Made by a program: the position numbers and the translations under genes
Virus record (IMG/VR): IMGVR_UViG_3300009159_000033
DNA: 64,000 bases
DNA from: a virus
Direction: 5' to 3' (one strand)
Shown here: positions 9,620-17,541 of the stretch, piece after piece
Numbering within the stretch: the first letter of the stretch is position 1
Layout: each line of letters starts with the position of its first letter
Notes under the pieces: model-generated
Databases searched by the model: none
Seen by the model: the letters and a program-made list of their open reading frames with translations, nothing else
Told to the model about the DNA's origin: nothing

Positions 9620-10244
9620 CTTCATAAACCAGTGTTGGTGGTACATGGAGATTCCAAGAACAGGTTCATCTACCATTGATAGAGGCTTGCGTAGGTTTTT
9701 TCCTCATGCACAAGCAATATATCAGAAACATTGGCCAATCACGCCTGCTCCGTTTATGGATAAGGATACAAAAGAAGTTTTTGGTTTTACTTCTATTAGA
9801 AACCCTTACAGTCGGGCAGTAAGCTGTTGGCAGTTTTTTACTCAGCCTGGGAAAATCTCTTTTCTAGACTGGACAAAAGAGCGAAGAGACCAAGGTTTTA
9901 TGGATGTACATATTGAGGCGCGTCCGCAACATTTCTGGTTTAATCTTCATCAGTGGGAAGCTGTTATTCGGCAAGAGCATCTAGAATATGATTTTTGGCA
10001 AATAGCTCAAAAGCTTAACTCTCGTTTGTCTCCCATGCCATTAATTAAATACAATGATATAAATGGACCATGGGTAAACAGAGTGCATGCTAAAACTTCT
10101 CGGGATAAGCCTTGGCAAGACTACTACTGTACAGAAAGTAAGCAAAATGTTCTGCAACTGTACCAAGAAGACTTTAAATGCTTAGCCCCTTGGTATTCTG
10201 TCCAGTTTCCTACTATTGCTGTCACCTCTGCTCAAGAGGTATAA
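9609..10244 (+). CDS. Sulfotransferase (Sulfotransfer_2-like), paralog of 441..1028
   Basis: YMEIPRTGSSTI and FTSIRNPYSRAVSCW. Confidence 0.75.
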   Translation: MLANFINQCWWYMEIPRTGSSTIDRGLRRFFPHAQAIYQKHWPITPAPFMDKDTKEVFGFTSIRNPYSRAVSCWQFFTQPGKISFLDWTKERRDQGFMDVHIEARPQHFWFNLHQWEAVIRQEHLEYDFWQIAQKLNSRLSPMPLIKYNDINGPWVNRVHAKTSRDKPWQDYYCTESKQNVLQLYQEDFKCLAPWYSVQFPTIAVTSAQEV

Positions 10245-10245
10245 T
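10216..10245 (+). promoter_or_regulatory. Sigma70-like promoter for the structured RNA/leader
   Basis: TTGCTG (10216-10221), 18 nt, perfect TATAAT (10240-10245). The predicted start (~10251) coincides with the 5' end of the closing stem. Confidence 0.55.
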
Positions 10246-10250
10246 CAGCC

Positions 10251-10472
10251 CAAGTGGCTTTATCGCAGGTGCCGATAGGTTAGGAAATGCAGTGCAGCTA
10301 GGATAGCCGCAATTTGTATTAGGATTGCTGGGCAAGTGAAAAACAGCCAGCTGGTGGAGTTTCAGTCGCACCTTATGACTGTTACCAGCGGAACGCTTCC
10401 GCACTGGACTTGAGGGAGGGGATCTCAAGGGGCCACTTAGCTATTTCTCTTGCTTACAAGGATGTCACAAGC
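10251..10472 (+). ncRNA. Candidate structured GGA-rich RNA (sRNA or long 5' leader)
   Basis: Closing stem 10252-10260/10430-10438; hairpins 10261-10277, 10297-10307, 10309-10328, 10350-10389 and 10409-10429; inner stem 10290-10295/10401-10406; nine GGA motifs up to 10462. Confidence 0.55.
10454..10465 (+). promoter_or_regulatory. CsrA/RsmA binding site overlapping a Shine-Dalgarno sequence
   Basis: TTACAAGGATGT matches 11/12 positions of the CsrA SELEX consensus RUACARGGAUGU; ACA/UGU stem with an AGGA loop; ATG at 10473. Confidence 0.6.
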
Positions 10473-10814
10473 ATGACAACTACTCAATACCACGCTTTAG
10501 CCTTAACCCAAGAACGATTAATACAGCAAGTGGCATCGGTTGAGGCTAAGGTGGATCATATGAGCCATGATATTGGTATCTTGTGTAAGCTAGTGCGGGA
10601 TGGAAACGGCCAGCCATCTATTATGCAGCGGTTAGCCCAAGTAGAGACAGTGTTAGAAGCTCAAGTTAAAGATTTAGAACAAATTAGCCAATATGCCAAT
10701 TCTATGACTGCGTCCCGCATGCTTACTCGAACACAGTTAGTTGTAGGGTTATCGGGGATGATACTTACTGTGTTGCTTTCTTCATTTTCAGTTTATGCAG
10801 CAATTATGAAATAG
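10473..10814 (+). CDS. Coiled-coil protein with a C-terminal transmembrane helix (holin/XhlA-like?)
   Basis: ATG 10473 with AAGGA RBS is preferred over TTG 10410. GNGQPSI..RL..VE motif; C-terminal LVVGLSGMILTVLLSSFSVYAAI. Confidence 0.5.
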   Translation: MTTTQYHALALTQERLIQQVASVEAKVDHMSHDIGILCKLVRDGNGQPSIMQRLAQVETVLEAQVKDLEQISQYANSMTASRMLTRTQLVVGLSGMILTVLLSSFSVYAAIMK

Positions 10815-10829
10815 GTTAAGGGAGTTTTT

Positions 10830-11414
10830 ATGAGTTTGATTTCTACGGCTGATATTCCAGATTATCGGCATTTATTGCTTTATGATGTTTTACAAATGCC
10901 GGAGAAATGGGCTGAAGTTAAGATGACAGGTTTGTTACAACTCACTAATTCAAAATGTGCAGCTCCTAGCTATTTAATAGTAGGCATACCCACTGCTTTG
11001 GTTCGTGGTGTTTTTGATGCAATGCATGAACCTGGTATTTCTTTACCTGCATCTGTAGACGGAGGGGCTATGCGTGCCGGTATTGTGGTCATGACTCCGG
11101 AAGAACTAAAACAAATAGGTGGTTCTGAAAAGATTAGCGAGCGGGGTAAATCTTTTAGTTATTACCTTGATGGGCTAACAGAAACACCAGCTAAAGGGTG
11201 GCCCGGTGTCTCCACTTGCTGGCACATGAGAATTAAATCACCAGACCTTGGTAAGTTACGCCGTAGCTACGGGTTACCTACCAAAGTTGAAGGTGATTCT
11301 GACTTTTCCATAGTAGTGGCAGTGCGTAAAACTGGAGTACTTACTGCCAATGCTACGAGTAAATCTACGAAGCAGAAGGATTCTCAGGAGCTTCCAAGTT
11401 GGACTCTGCCTTAA
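10830..11414 (+). CDS. 2H-phosphoesterase-like protein lacking both catalytic His
   Basis: Layout VRGVFDAMHEPG..AGIVVM..ERGKSFSY..SPDLGKLRRSYGL..FSIVVAVRK resembles phage 2H proteins, but GIVV and SIVV replace the HxS/T motifs. Confidence 0.45.
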   Translation: MSLISTADIPDYRHLLLYDVLQMPEKWAEVKMTGLLQLTNSKCAAPSYLIVGIPTALVRGVFDAMHEPGISLPASVDGGAMRAGIVVMTPEELKQIGGSEKISERGKSFSYYLDGLTETPAKGWPGVSTCWHMRIKSPDLGKLRRSYGLPTKVEGDSDFSIVVAVRKTGVLTANATSKSTKQKDSQELPSWTLP

Positions 11415-11577
11415 GCTTATTCTCAATTAACTTTGCGATTTCGCTGCGGTGAACAGCAACTTCACGGGGAGCTGCTATCCCAATTTGAATTTTGTCACCA
11501 CGGATGTCAACAATGGTGATAGTGATGTTATCACTGATTTTAATGCTCTCGCCTTTTTTTCTACTTAATACTAGCAT
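11365..11577 (-). CDS. csrA: Carbon storage regulator CsrA/RsmA (RNA-binding translational regulator)
   Basis: MLVLSRKKGESIKISDNITITIVDIRGDKIQIGIAAPREVAVHRSEI; RBS AAGGAAGGA. Confidence 0.97.
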   Translation of the reverse strand: MLVLSRKKGESIKISDNITITIVDIRGDKIQIGIAAPREVAVHRSEIAKLIENKLKAESNLEAPENPSAS

Positions 11578-11620
11578 TTGAATCGTCCTTCCTTGAAGTT
11601 AAAATGCTTGGAATTCGACC

Positions 11621-11649
11621 ACCATACTTATTTTATACAAGCAAGTCAA
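11621..11649 (-). promoter_or_regulatory. Sigma70-like promoter of csrA
   Basis: On the minus strand, TTGACT-17 nt-TATGGT. Confidence 0.55.
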
Positions 11650-11661
11650 TAAGGAGTTATC

Positions 11662-12096
11662 ATGGAAGCTTTTCTTCAACGTTTACCTGCAATATTTAAC
11701 AATAAAACGGCAGCTAACAGCAATGGCTGGTACATTGCGGAATCAAATATAAAAGGTAAAGGCATATTTGCTGACAAGGATTACAAGGAAGGGGAGATCA
11801 TTGGCAGTGGGGGTACAGCGGGCGGAGAAGATGAATTCGGTTCTAAAATCTGGAATTTAACAGAACTGGCTCGTTATTGTAACCATCAATGGAAATCGAA
11901 TGTTGACATAAAGAAAGATAATGATCAAATTGATTTAGTGGCAAAACGAGAAATTAGCAAGGATCAAGAAATTGTAGCGGATTACGCACAAGTTTCTCGA
12001 GAGCTTGGAGCTCGTTCACGCATGATGTGGAATGGCAAAGATGTACCATCTACCGACTTTTCTGACTATGTGGAAAAAAACAACGAAGATGAATAA
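11662..12096 (+). CDS. SET-domain protein (putative lysine methyltransferase)
   Basis: ESNIKGKGIFA, RYCNHQ and EIVADY SET signatures; N-terminal NNKTAANS motif. Confidence 0.85.
   Translation: MEAFLQRLPAIFNNKTAANSNGWYIAESNIKGKGIFADKDYKEGEIIGSGGTAGGEDEFGSKIWNLTELARYCNHQWKSNVDIKKDNDQIDLVAKREISKDQEIVADYAQVSRELGARSRMMWNGKDVPSTDFSDYVEKNNEDE
11844..11859. promoter_or_regulatory. 16-bp palindromic element, copy 3 (intragenic, exact consensus)
   Basis: TAAAATC-TG-GAATTTA. Confidence 0.55.
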
Positions 12097-12107
12097 GAAA
12101 GTTAAAA

Positions 12108-12968
12108 ATGAATTTTATCAGTTTAGCAGAGCTTTACCGAGATATAGCGGTATGGGAGAGACAGTTACCGCAATTCGACGCAGTGTGTGGTGTACCTCGC
12201 AGCGGATTGATTCCTTCCACTTACATTGCGCTGCGTCGTAATATTCGGTTAGTGGAGCTTTCCGACTTACTACGACAACCCGAAGGAGCAATTGATAGGG
12301 CGCACTTACGCCCTAATAATCCTGTTTGCCGTTATAACATACCTTATGGTAACAGACTTTTAATCGTAGACGATTCTTCTAGTTCGGACAGTGTCACTTT
12401 TACCGGTTTGCGTGAGCAACTAGAAACACAAACTAGCTTACAGATTGCCTATGGGGCGGTGTATCGAAGCTCAGAAAAAAGCAAAGTTAATTACTACTAT
12501 CGAGAAGTCACACAACCTCGCATGTTTGAATGGAACTGGTGGCGTAACTGGTGGACACAATTCGCACTATGTGATCTAGATGGTGTGTTGTGTGAAGATT
12601 GGAAAGGTAAAAGTGAAGTAACTGACGATCTTGAGTTTGCTAGACATGTGAGAGAAGTTGCTCCTTTGTACATTCCTCAGATGCCAATTAAAGCTGTGGT
12701 GACTAGCCGGATTGAAAAATACCGTAAAGAGACAGAGAAGTGGCTGGCTAAGCACAATGTTATGTATTCTAAATTGATCATGCACCCAGCCTCTACGCCA
12801 GAGCTGCGAAGGCAAATGAACGACCACGCAATTCGAAAAGCCGAAGCTTACATGCAGATTCCAGAAGGTAATCTTTTTATTGAAAGTGATGTGAAACAAG
12901 CTGCTCAAATTTTTAAGTTGACGCAACGTCCTGTGCTGTGTATCGATAGTATGACTATGTTTAAATAA
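12108..12968 (+). CDS. Phosphoribosyltransferase::HAD phosphatase fusion
   Basis: VCGVPRSGLIP and LLIVDD (PRTase); CDLDGVL, VVTSR and IESD (HAD motifs). Confidence 0.75.
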   Translation: MNFISLAELYRDIAVWERQLPQFDAVCGVPRSGLIPSTYIALRRNIRLVELSDLLRQPEGAIDRAHLRPNNPVCRYNIPYGNRLLIVDDSSSSDSVTFTGLREQLETQTSLQIAYGAVYRSSEKSKVNYYYREVTQPRMFEWNWWRNWWTQFALCDLDGVLCEDWKGKSEVTDDLEFARHVREVAPLYIPQMPIKAVVTSRIEKYRKETEKWLAKHNVMYSKLIMHPASTPELRRQMNDHAIRKAEAYMQIPEGNLFIESDVKQAAQIFKLTQRPVLCIDSMTMFK

Positions 12969-12979
12969 AGGAGCAAACC

Positions 12980-13543
12980 ATGTTATCCGATTATATTGAA
13001 GAAGATTTTAGGTTTGCTACTTCGCTGCAGATTAGGCATTATACTCCCACAGAATTGGTATTTAAACCACATTGTAATGGGTATGCACTCTCGCAGCTAA
13101 TAGATCAGATTGATGGGCAAGTCTTAAGGCATTGCCCTCAGTCAACCATATTCTATTTACGGGCTCCTGGAGGTACGGCATTGTGGTTAGCTCGTCACTT
13201 ACATGTATTTGCGAGTAAATTTGAACTTTTTTTATCTATTGAACCTCAGCATTGTACGGAGCAGGTACTCATCGAATTACAAAGCATACCTAATGTAAGA
13301 CAAGCGATAGCAGAATCAGCGCCCTCTAATAATAACGATTTACAGGAAATAGACTGTGTAATATTAGCAAATAGTGTGGATTTGTTAGCGTGGGTAAATT
13401 GGGTGCAGACACGCACAGATTTACGAAGGGCAACTATGTTAGGTTATGATCCTCAGCGACAGTTACAGCCGACTAAAGCTGGGTATTATTTCATGAACTC
13501 TTCCATTTGGGTGGACAATAGACAGCGGTCTAAAAGTGTTTGA
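12980..13543 (+). CDS. Hypothetical protein
   Basis: 187-aa ORF with AAGGAG RBS; no motif recognised. Confidence 0.6.
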   Translation: MLSDYIEEDFRFATSLQIRHYTPTELVFKPHCNGYALSQLIDQIDGQVLRHCPQSTIFYLRAPGGTALWLARHLHVFASKFELFLSIEPQHCTEQVLIELQSIPNVRQAIAESAPSNNNDLQEIDCVILANSVDLLAWVNWVQTRTDLRRATMLGYDPQRQLQPTKAGYYFMNSSIWVDNRQRSKSV

Positions 13544-13584
13544 ATTGTAGGTTTGTAACAGTTTTAATTTACTAGGAGATAGGT

Positions 13585-15864
13585 GTGCAAATTACTTCTT
13601 TTAAAAAAGATGCTTCAGCTCGTAGTCATGTAGATTTAACGGTCAAGAAGCGAAGTGGCAAAGTGGTGAACTTCGATCAAGCTCGTATTTACACTGCTTT
13701 ACATCGTTGTTTGGTAAGTGAGCTGAAATACGATGAAGCCGAGGCAGCTCGCATCAGCAAACTAGTTGGTGAGCAGGTATACAACATTGTATGCAGCAGC
13801 AACAAAGTAGTAGATGTGGAAGAGATTCAGAATCTGGTGGAAACTCAATTGATGGCTAATGGGTTATACCTTGTGGCCAAGCAGTACATTCTCTTTCGAG
13901 AAGTAAAAAGACAGCAACGAGAAAACGCACCACTGCCAGAAGAAGTAATTGTCGCATTCCAAGAAAACGACACTTATTTTGATAATGAGTTACAGAAGTT
14001 TCAAGCATTAGACAAATTCGCACGCTTTGTCCCCGAGCTGGGTCGCAGAGAGACTTGGCCTGAAACAGTGGATCGGGTTATCGGATTTTTTCAAACACAT
14101 TGCAAGCGTGAAAACCACAATGTAACTGAAGAAGAATGGGGTAATCTTAAGCAAAGTCTTTTGCGGTTAGAGTCTGCTCCTTCCATGCGTTGTGTGCAAA
14201 TGGCTGGACCTGCTTTAGAACGATGTCATGTCGGAGTATACAACTGTTCTTTTCAAATGCTGCAGAATACTACAGATTTGGCAGAGGAACTCTATGTACT
14301 TATGCAGGGCACGGGTGTTGGATTTTCAGTGGAAAAAGAGTTTAGCGTAGAAGAGTTTCCTCGAGTTAAACGACAAAAGAAGCATAGTGAGCCTACTACC
14401 TATGTAATTGAAGACAGTACAGAAGGCTGGTGTGATGCATACAAGGCAGGGTTAGATGCATGGTGGGCGGGTGAAGATATTCATTTCGATTATAGTCATA
14501 TCCGAGAATCAGGTGCTCCACTTAAAATCAAAGGTGGAAGAGCTTCTGGCCCAGGCCCATTAAAAGACTTGTTAGAGTTTTCTAAAGCTCGAATCTTAGC
14601 AAGACAAGGACGGTATCTGTCTAGCTTGGATCTTCATGACATTAATTGTTTTGCTCATCGAATTGTGCGTATGGGTGGGGTGCGTAGGGCTAGTGGTATC
14701 TCTCTATCGGATCTGCATGATCGTGAAATGCGAGATTGCAAGCAACAAGATTTTTGGACTACTAATGAACAACGCAATCAAGCTAATAACTCTGCTGTTT
14801 ATAATGAAAAACCTGATCAATTGATTTGGATGGAAGAATGGCTATCGATGGCCAAGTCAAACTCGGGTGAGCGGGGTATTTTCAATCGAGGCGGGTTGAA
14901 AAGTCAATTCCCTAAACGTCGCAAACACCATGGTCACCTTTTTGGGACTAATCCTTGTGGTGAAATTATTCTGAGACACAAGCAGTTCTGCAACCTATCC
15001 ATTGCAGTTATTCGTGTCACAGACACTTATGAAGAGATTGCTCGTAAAGTGGAGTTAGCTACAATTTGGGGCACGCTTCAGTCTACGATGACTCGCTTTA
15101 AGTACATTGGAGAAGAGTGGAAAAAGAATAGTGAAGAAGAGAGGTTACTAGGCGTAGACTTGCTTGGTTTTCTTGATCATCCGCTATTCCAAGACAACGC
15201 AAAAGCTGGTGGAACCTTGGATAAGCTATTAAGCTTAGTCAACGAAGTTAATGCTAAATGGGCAGCACGATTTGGTATCAATGTATCTGCTGCTACAACT
15301 TGTATTAAGCCTTCGGGAGACAGCAGCGTGTTCTTCAATACGCCTGCTGGGTTCAAAGGACATCATGGGGAATGGTATGTTAGACGAGTTAGGGCAAACT
15401 CTACTAATCCAGTAGCGCAGATGTTGAAAGATGAAGGTGTACCTTGCCTTACGGATTACGATGGCAGTGGCTTGGTATTAGAGTTTCCTATGAAGGCTCC
15501 TAAAGGTGGCGTGTTGTTAGAAACTCAAACAGCGCTTAGCCAGTTGGAAAAATGGAAAACTTTTAAAGTACACTGGACTGAGCATAACCCTAGCGTGACG
15601 ATCTATATTCGACCCACTGAATGGCTGGAAGTTGGTAAGTGGGTTTATGACAACTGGGATATTGTCGGAGGGTTAAGCTTCTTACCTTTTGATGGGGGTA
15701 TGTATCACTTAGCACCTTATGAAGCGATTTCTCAAGAAGAGTTCGACCGTAGAACTGCAGCTATGCCTAAGATCAACTGGGCTAAACTGGTTCGTTATGA
15801 ACGCTCTGACATGACAGATCTACACCAGCAGACTGCGTGTGCCGGTGGTGCTTGTGCTTTGTAA
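13585..15864 (+). CDS. nrdJ: Class II (adenosylcobalamin-dependent) ribonucleotide reductase with an N-terminal ATP cone
   Basis: VKKRSGKVVNFD ATP cone; YNCS, GTNPCGEI, TCIKPSG and C-terminal CAGGAC; resembles monomeric RTPR-type enzymes. Confidence 0.92.
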   Translation: MQITSFKKDASARSHVDLTVKKRSGKVVNFDQARIYTALHRCLVSELKYDEAEAARISKLVGEQVYNIVCSSNKVVDVEEIQNLVETQLMANGLYLVAKQYILFREVKRQQRENAPLPEEVIVAFQENDTYFDNELQKFQALDKFARFVPELGRRETWPETVDRVIGFFQTHCKRENHNVTEEEWGNLKQSLLRLESAPSMRCVQMAGPALERCHVGVYNCSFQMLQNTTDLAEELYVLMQGTGVGFSVEKEFSVEEFPRVKRQKKHSEPTTYVIEDSTEGWCDAYKAGLDAWWAGEDIHFDYSHIRESGAPLKIKGGRASGPGPLKDLLEFSKARILARQGRYLSSLDLHDINCFAHRIVRMGGVRRASGISLSDLHDREMRDCKQQDFWTTNEQRNQANNSAVYNEKPDQLIWMEEWLSMAKSNSGERGIFNRGGLKSQFPKRRKHHGHLFGTNPCGEIILRHKQFCNLSIAVIRVTDTYEEIARKVELATIWGTLQSTMTRFKYIGEEWKKNSEEERLLGVDLLGFLDHPLFQDNAKAGGTLDKLLSLVNEVNAKWAARFGINVSAATTCIKPSGDSSVFFNTPAGFKGHHGEWYVRRVRANSTNPVAQMLKDEGVPCLTDYDGSGLVLEFPMKAPKGGVLLETQTALSQLEKWKTFKVHWTEHNPSVTIYIRPTEWLEVGKWVYDNWDIVGGLSFLPFDGGMYHLAPYEAISQEEFDRRTAAMPKINWAKLVRYERSDMTDLHQQTACAGGACAL

Positions 15865-15910
15865 ACCTAGCTTAGTCTAGCTATGCAGGGTATAAATGGA
15901 GTAAGATAGT

Positions 15911-15940
15911 AAGCCATGTGTCGTTTTTGGCACATGGCTT
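15911..15940 (+). terminator. Hairpin terminator after nrdJ
   Basis: Perfect 10-bp stem AAGCCATGTG/CACATGGCTT. Confidence 0.65.
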
Positions 15941-15955
15941 TGTGATTGTAACTCA

Positions 15956-17071
15956 ATGGATAAGCATGTGGCATACGATAGCGAGTTACCTAATTTAAAT
16001 GTTGAACAGACTCTAGATTTAGGGCTCTACGCTGATTTTCCCGGCACTATTGATTACTTGGCCGAGAAGTGTGCTGCCCCTGCTCAAATCATAAGACGGA
16101 TAGTTTCTCCTTTATACACAAAAACAGATATAGGTATTTACTGGAATCCAGCACTTGAAAAGGCTGGCATGTATGTGAGACCAGTATTAAATCAAGAAGA
16201 GTTTGATTGGGGACTGCAGCTTTTAACGGAGAAGCTTGGTGCAGACCGAGTGCATTCCGAACCTTTGACACCTTACGATTTACATGACTGGTGGGTAAAG
16301 GTAGCTTACTCTCCAACTATACGACGATTAGGAGAACTAGCTCAATTCTTTCCAAGCAAGGACATTCCCGGCTATGGTGGACGACCTATTGCAGCTATGG
16401 TTGCCAGCGGGCTCATAGGTACAGGTCTTGGCTATGGCGCAGGTTGGTTAGGAGAAAAGGTATTGCCAGAGTGGGCACAGACCAAAGGCACACTGCGTAA
16501 GCGTTTAGCGTTGCTTGGTGGTGTAGGCGGAGCTTTAGTAGGTTCAATGCCTGGGTTAGTAAATTTGCATGAAGGTCGAGAATTTAACGATCCAACTCTT
16601 TTTAAAGGTTTTCCCGAAGATGGGTTTGAGGATAAGTTACCTACCTCTGTAAGGTATAAAGAAGCAGTGGCCAACTTTATATCAAAGCAAGCTGATACTG
16701 CTTTTGGAAGCATCGGCGGGCCATCTTTTGCAGAGATGCCTCTAATTCGTACAAATGAGCTTGGACAAGTGCTTTGGGGGACTAACGCAAGCCCTCAAAC
16801 CACCGCTATGACAATGGGTGCAGTATATGGGGCAGGGCAGATGCAAGATCCCAATTCAAGACCCGGAATAGTAACTCCGCACCAAGTTGGGTTGTTTGGT
16901 ATGGCCATGGGGGCCGCAGGTGGCGGGCTCCAAGGCTATTTAACAGGACGTACAGTTGGCTATGGGCTTGGACTGCTAACTGGAATGCCTGGCGGAACGC
17001 AAGCTACATTAGGGCAAACTGGGGCTACCCTAGGTGTAATTAATAGTATAGTGCCTCGACTTTTTAACTAA
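15956..17071 (+). CDS. Putative head/ejection protein with glycine-zipper hydrophobic helices
   Basis: WVKVAYS and ISKQADT motifs; several GxxxG-rich apolar segments. Confidence 0.55.
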   Translation: MDKHVAYDSELPNLNVEQTLDLGLYADFPGTIDYLAEKCAAPAQIIRRIVSPLYTKTDIGIYWNPALEKAGMYVRPVLNQEEFDWGLQLLTEKLGADRVHSEPLTPYDLHDWWVKVAYSPTIRRLGELAQFFPSKDIPGYGGRPIAAMVASGLIGTGLGYGAGWLGEKVLPEWAQTKGTLRKRLALLGGVGGALVGSMPGLVNLHEGREFNDPTLFKGFPEDGFEDKLPTSVRYKEAVANFISKQADTAFGSIGGPSFAEMPLIRTNELGQVLWGTNASPQTTAMTMGAVYGAGQMQDPNSRPGIVTPHQVGLFGMAMGAAGGGLQGYLTGRTVGYGLGLLTGMPGGTQATLGQTGATLGVINSIVPRLFN

Positions 17072-17087
17072 GTATAAGGAGATAGTT

Positions 17088-17519
17088 ATGGCTACAGTAC
17101 AAGAACAATTGGAACAAACAATCCTTGCAATGATTGATCGTTACAAAGAATACACAGCAGACGGAAAAATAACTTATTCAGAAGTGCTTGGGTTGTTGTA
17201 CAACGGGGCAGCAACCCTTGTGCGACTTGTAGAAATAGCTGGGCAGGGCAGCCGTGCAGAAAAAAAGCAGCTAGTGTTAGCAGGGCTTGATAAGTTTTAC
17301 GATACCGTAATTGCTCCAATCGACATCATTGGTGTTCCTAATATGCTTGAGCCCATGGTTGATTCCACTATAAAGTCATTGTTACTTTCTACAGTTGATG
17401 GGGCTACTGATTCTATATTTAATGTGTTTGAAAAGATGGGCTGGATAGCTGAAGATAGCGGTAATGAGCCTCATGCTGTTAAAATGGCAGCAAGGGCTAA
17501 GCCTGTTATGATTTTTTAA
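17088..17519 (+). CDS. Hypothetical protein
   Basis: 143-aa ORF, RBS AAGGAG. Confidence 0.65.
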   Translation: MATVQEQLEQTILAMIDRYKEYTADGKITYSEVLGLLYNGAATLVRLVEIAGQGSRAEKKQLVLAGLDKFYDTVIAPIDIIGVPNMLEPMVDSTIKSLLLSTVDGATDSIFNVFEKMGWIAEDSGNEPHAVKMAARAKPVMIF

Positions 17520-17532
17520 ATTCTAGATTTTA
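17517..17532. promoter_or_regulatory. 16-bp palindromic element, copy 4 (begins at the stop codon; exact)
   Basis: TAAATTC-TA-GATTTTA. Confidence 0.65.
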
Positions 17533-17541
17533 AGGTGTGAT

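Noticed and set aside
10251-10440. RNase P RNA, tmRNA, 6S RNA or tRNA identity for the structured RNA
   Set aside because: TAGGAAATGC only loosely resembles RNase P GAGGAAAGUCC and the 3' conserved region is absent; no tRNA-like T-loop/CCA; multibranched rather than the rod shape of 6S.
10410-10472. TTG start at 10410 for the membrane protein
   Set aside because: No suitable upstream RBS and it falls inside a hairpin; ATG 10473 has an AAGGA RBS.
11662-12096. Eukaryotic virus (NCLDV) origin suggested by the SET domain and low-complexity proteins
   Set aside because: Shine-Dalgarno sites, CsrA, a sigma factor, intrinsic terminators and a contractile tail indicate a bacteriophage.
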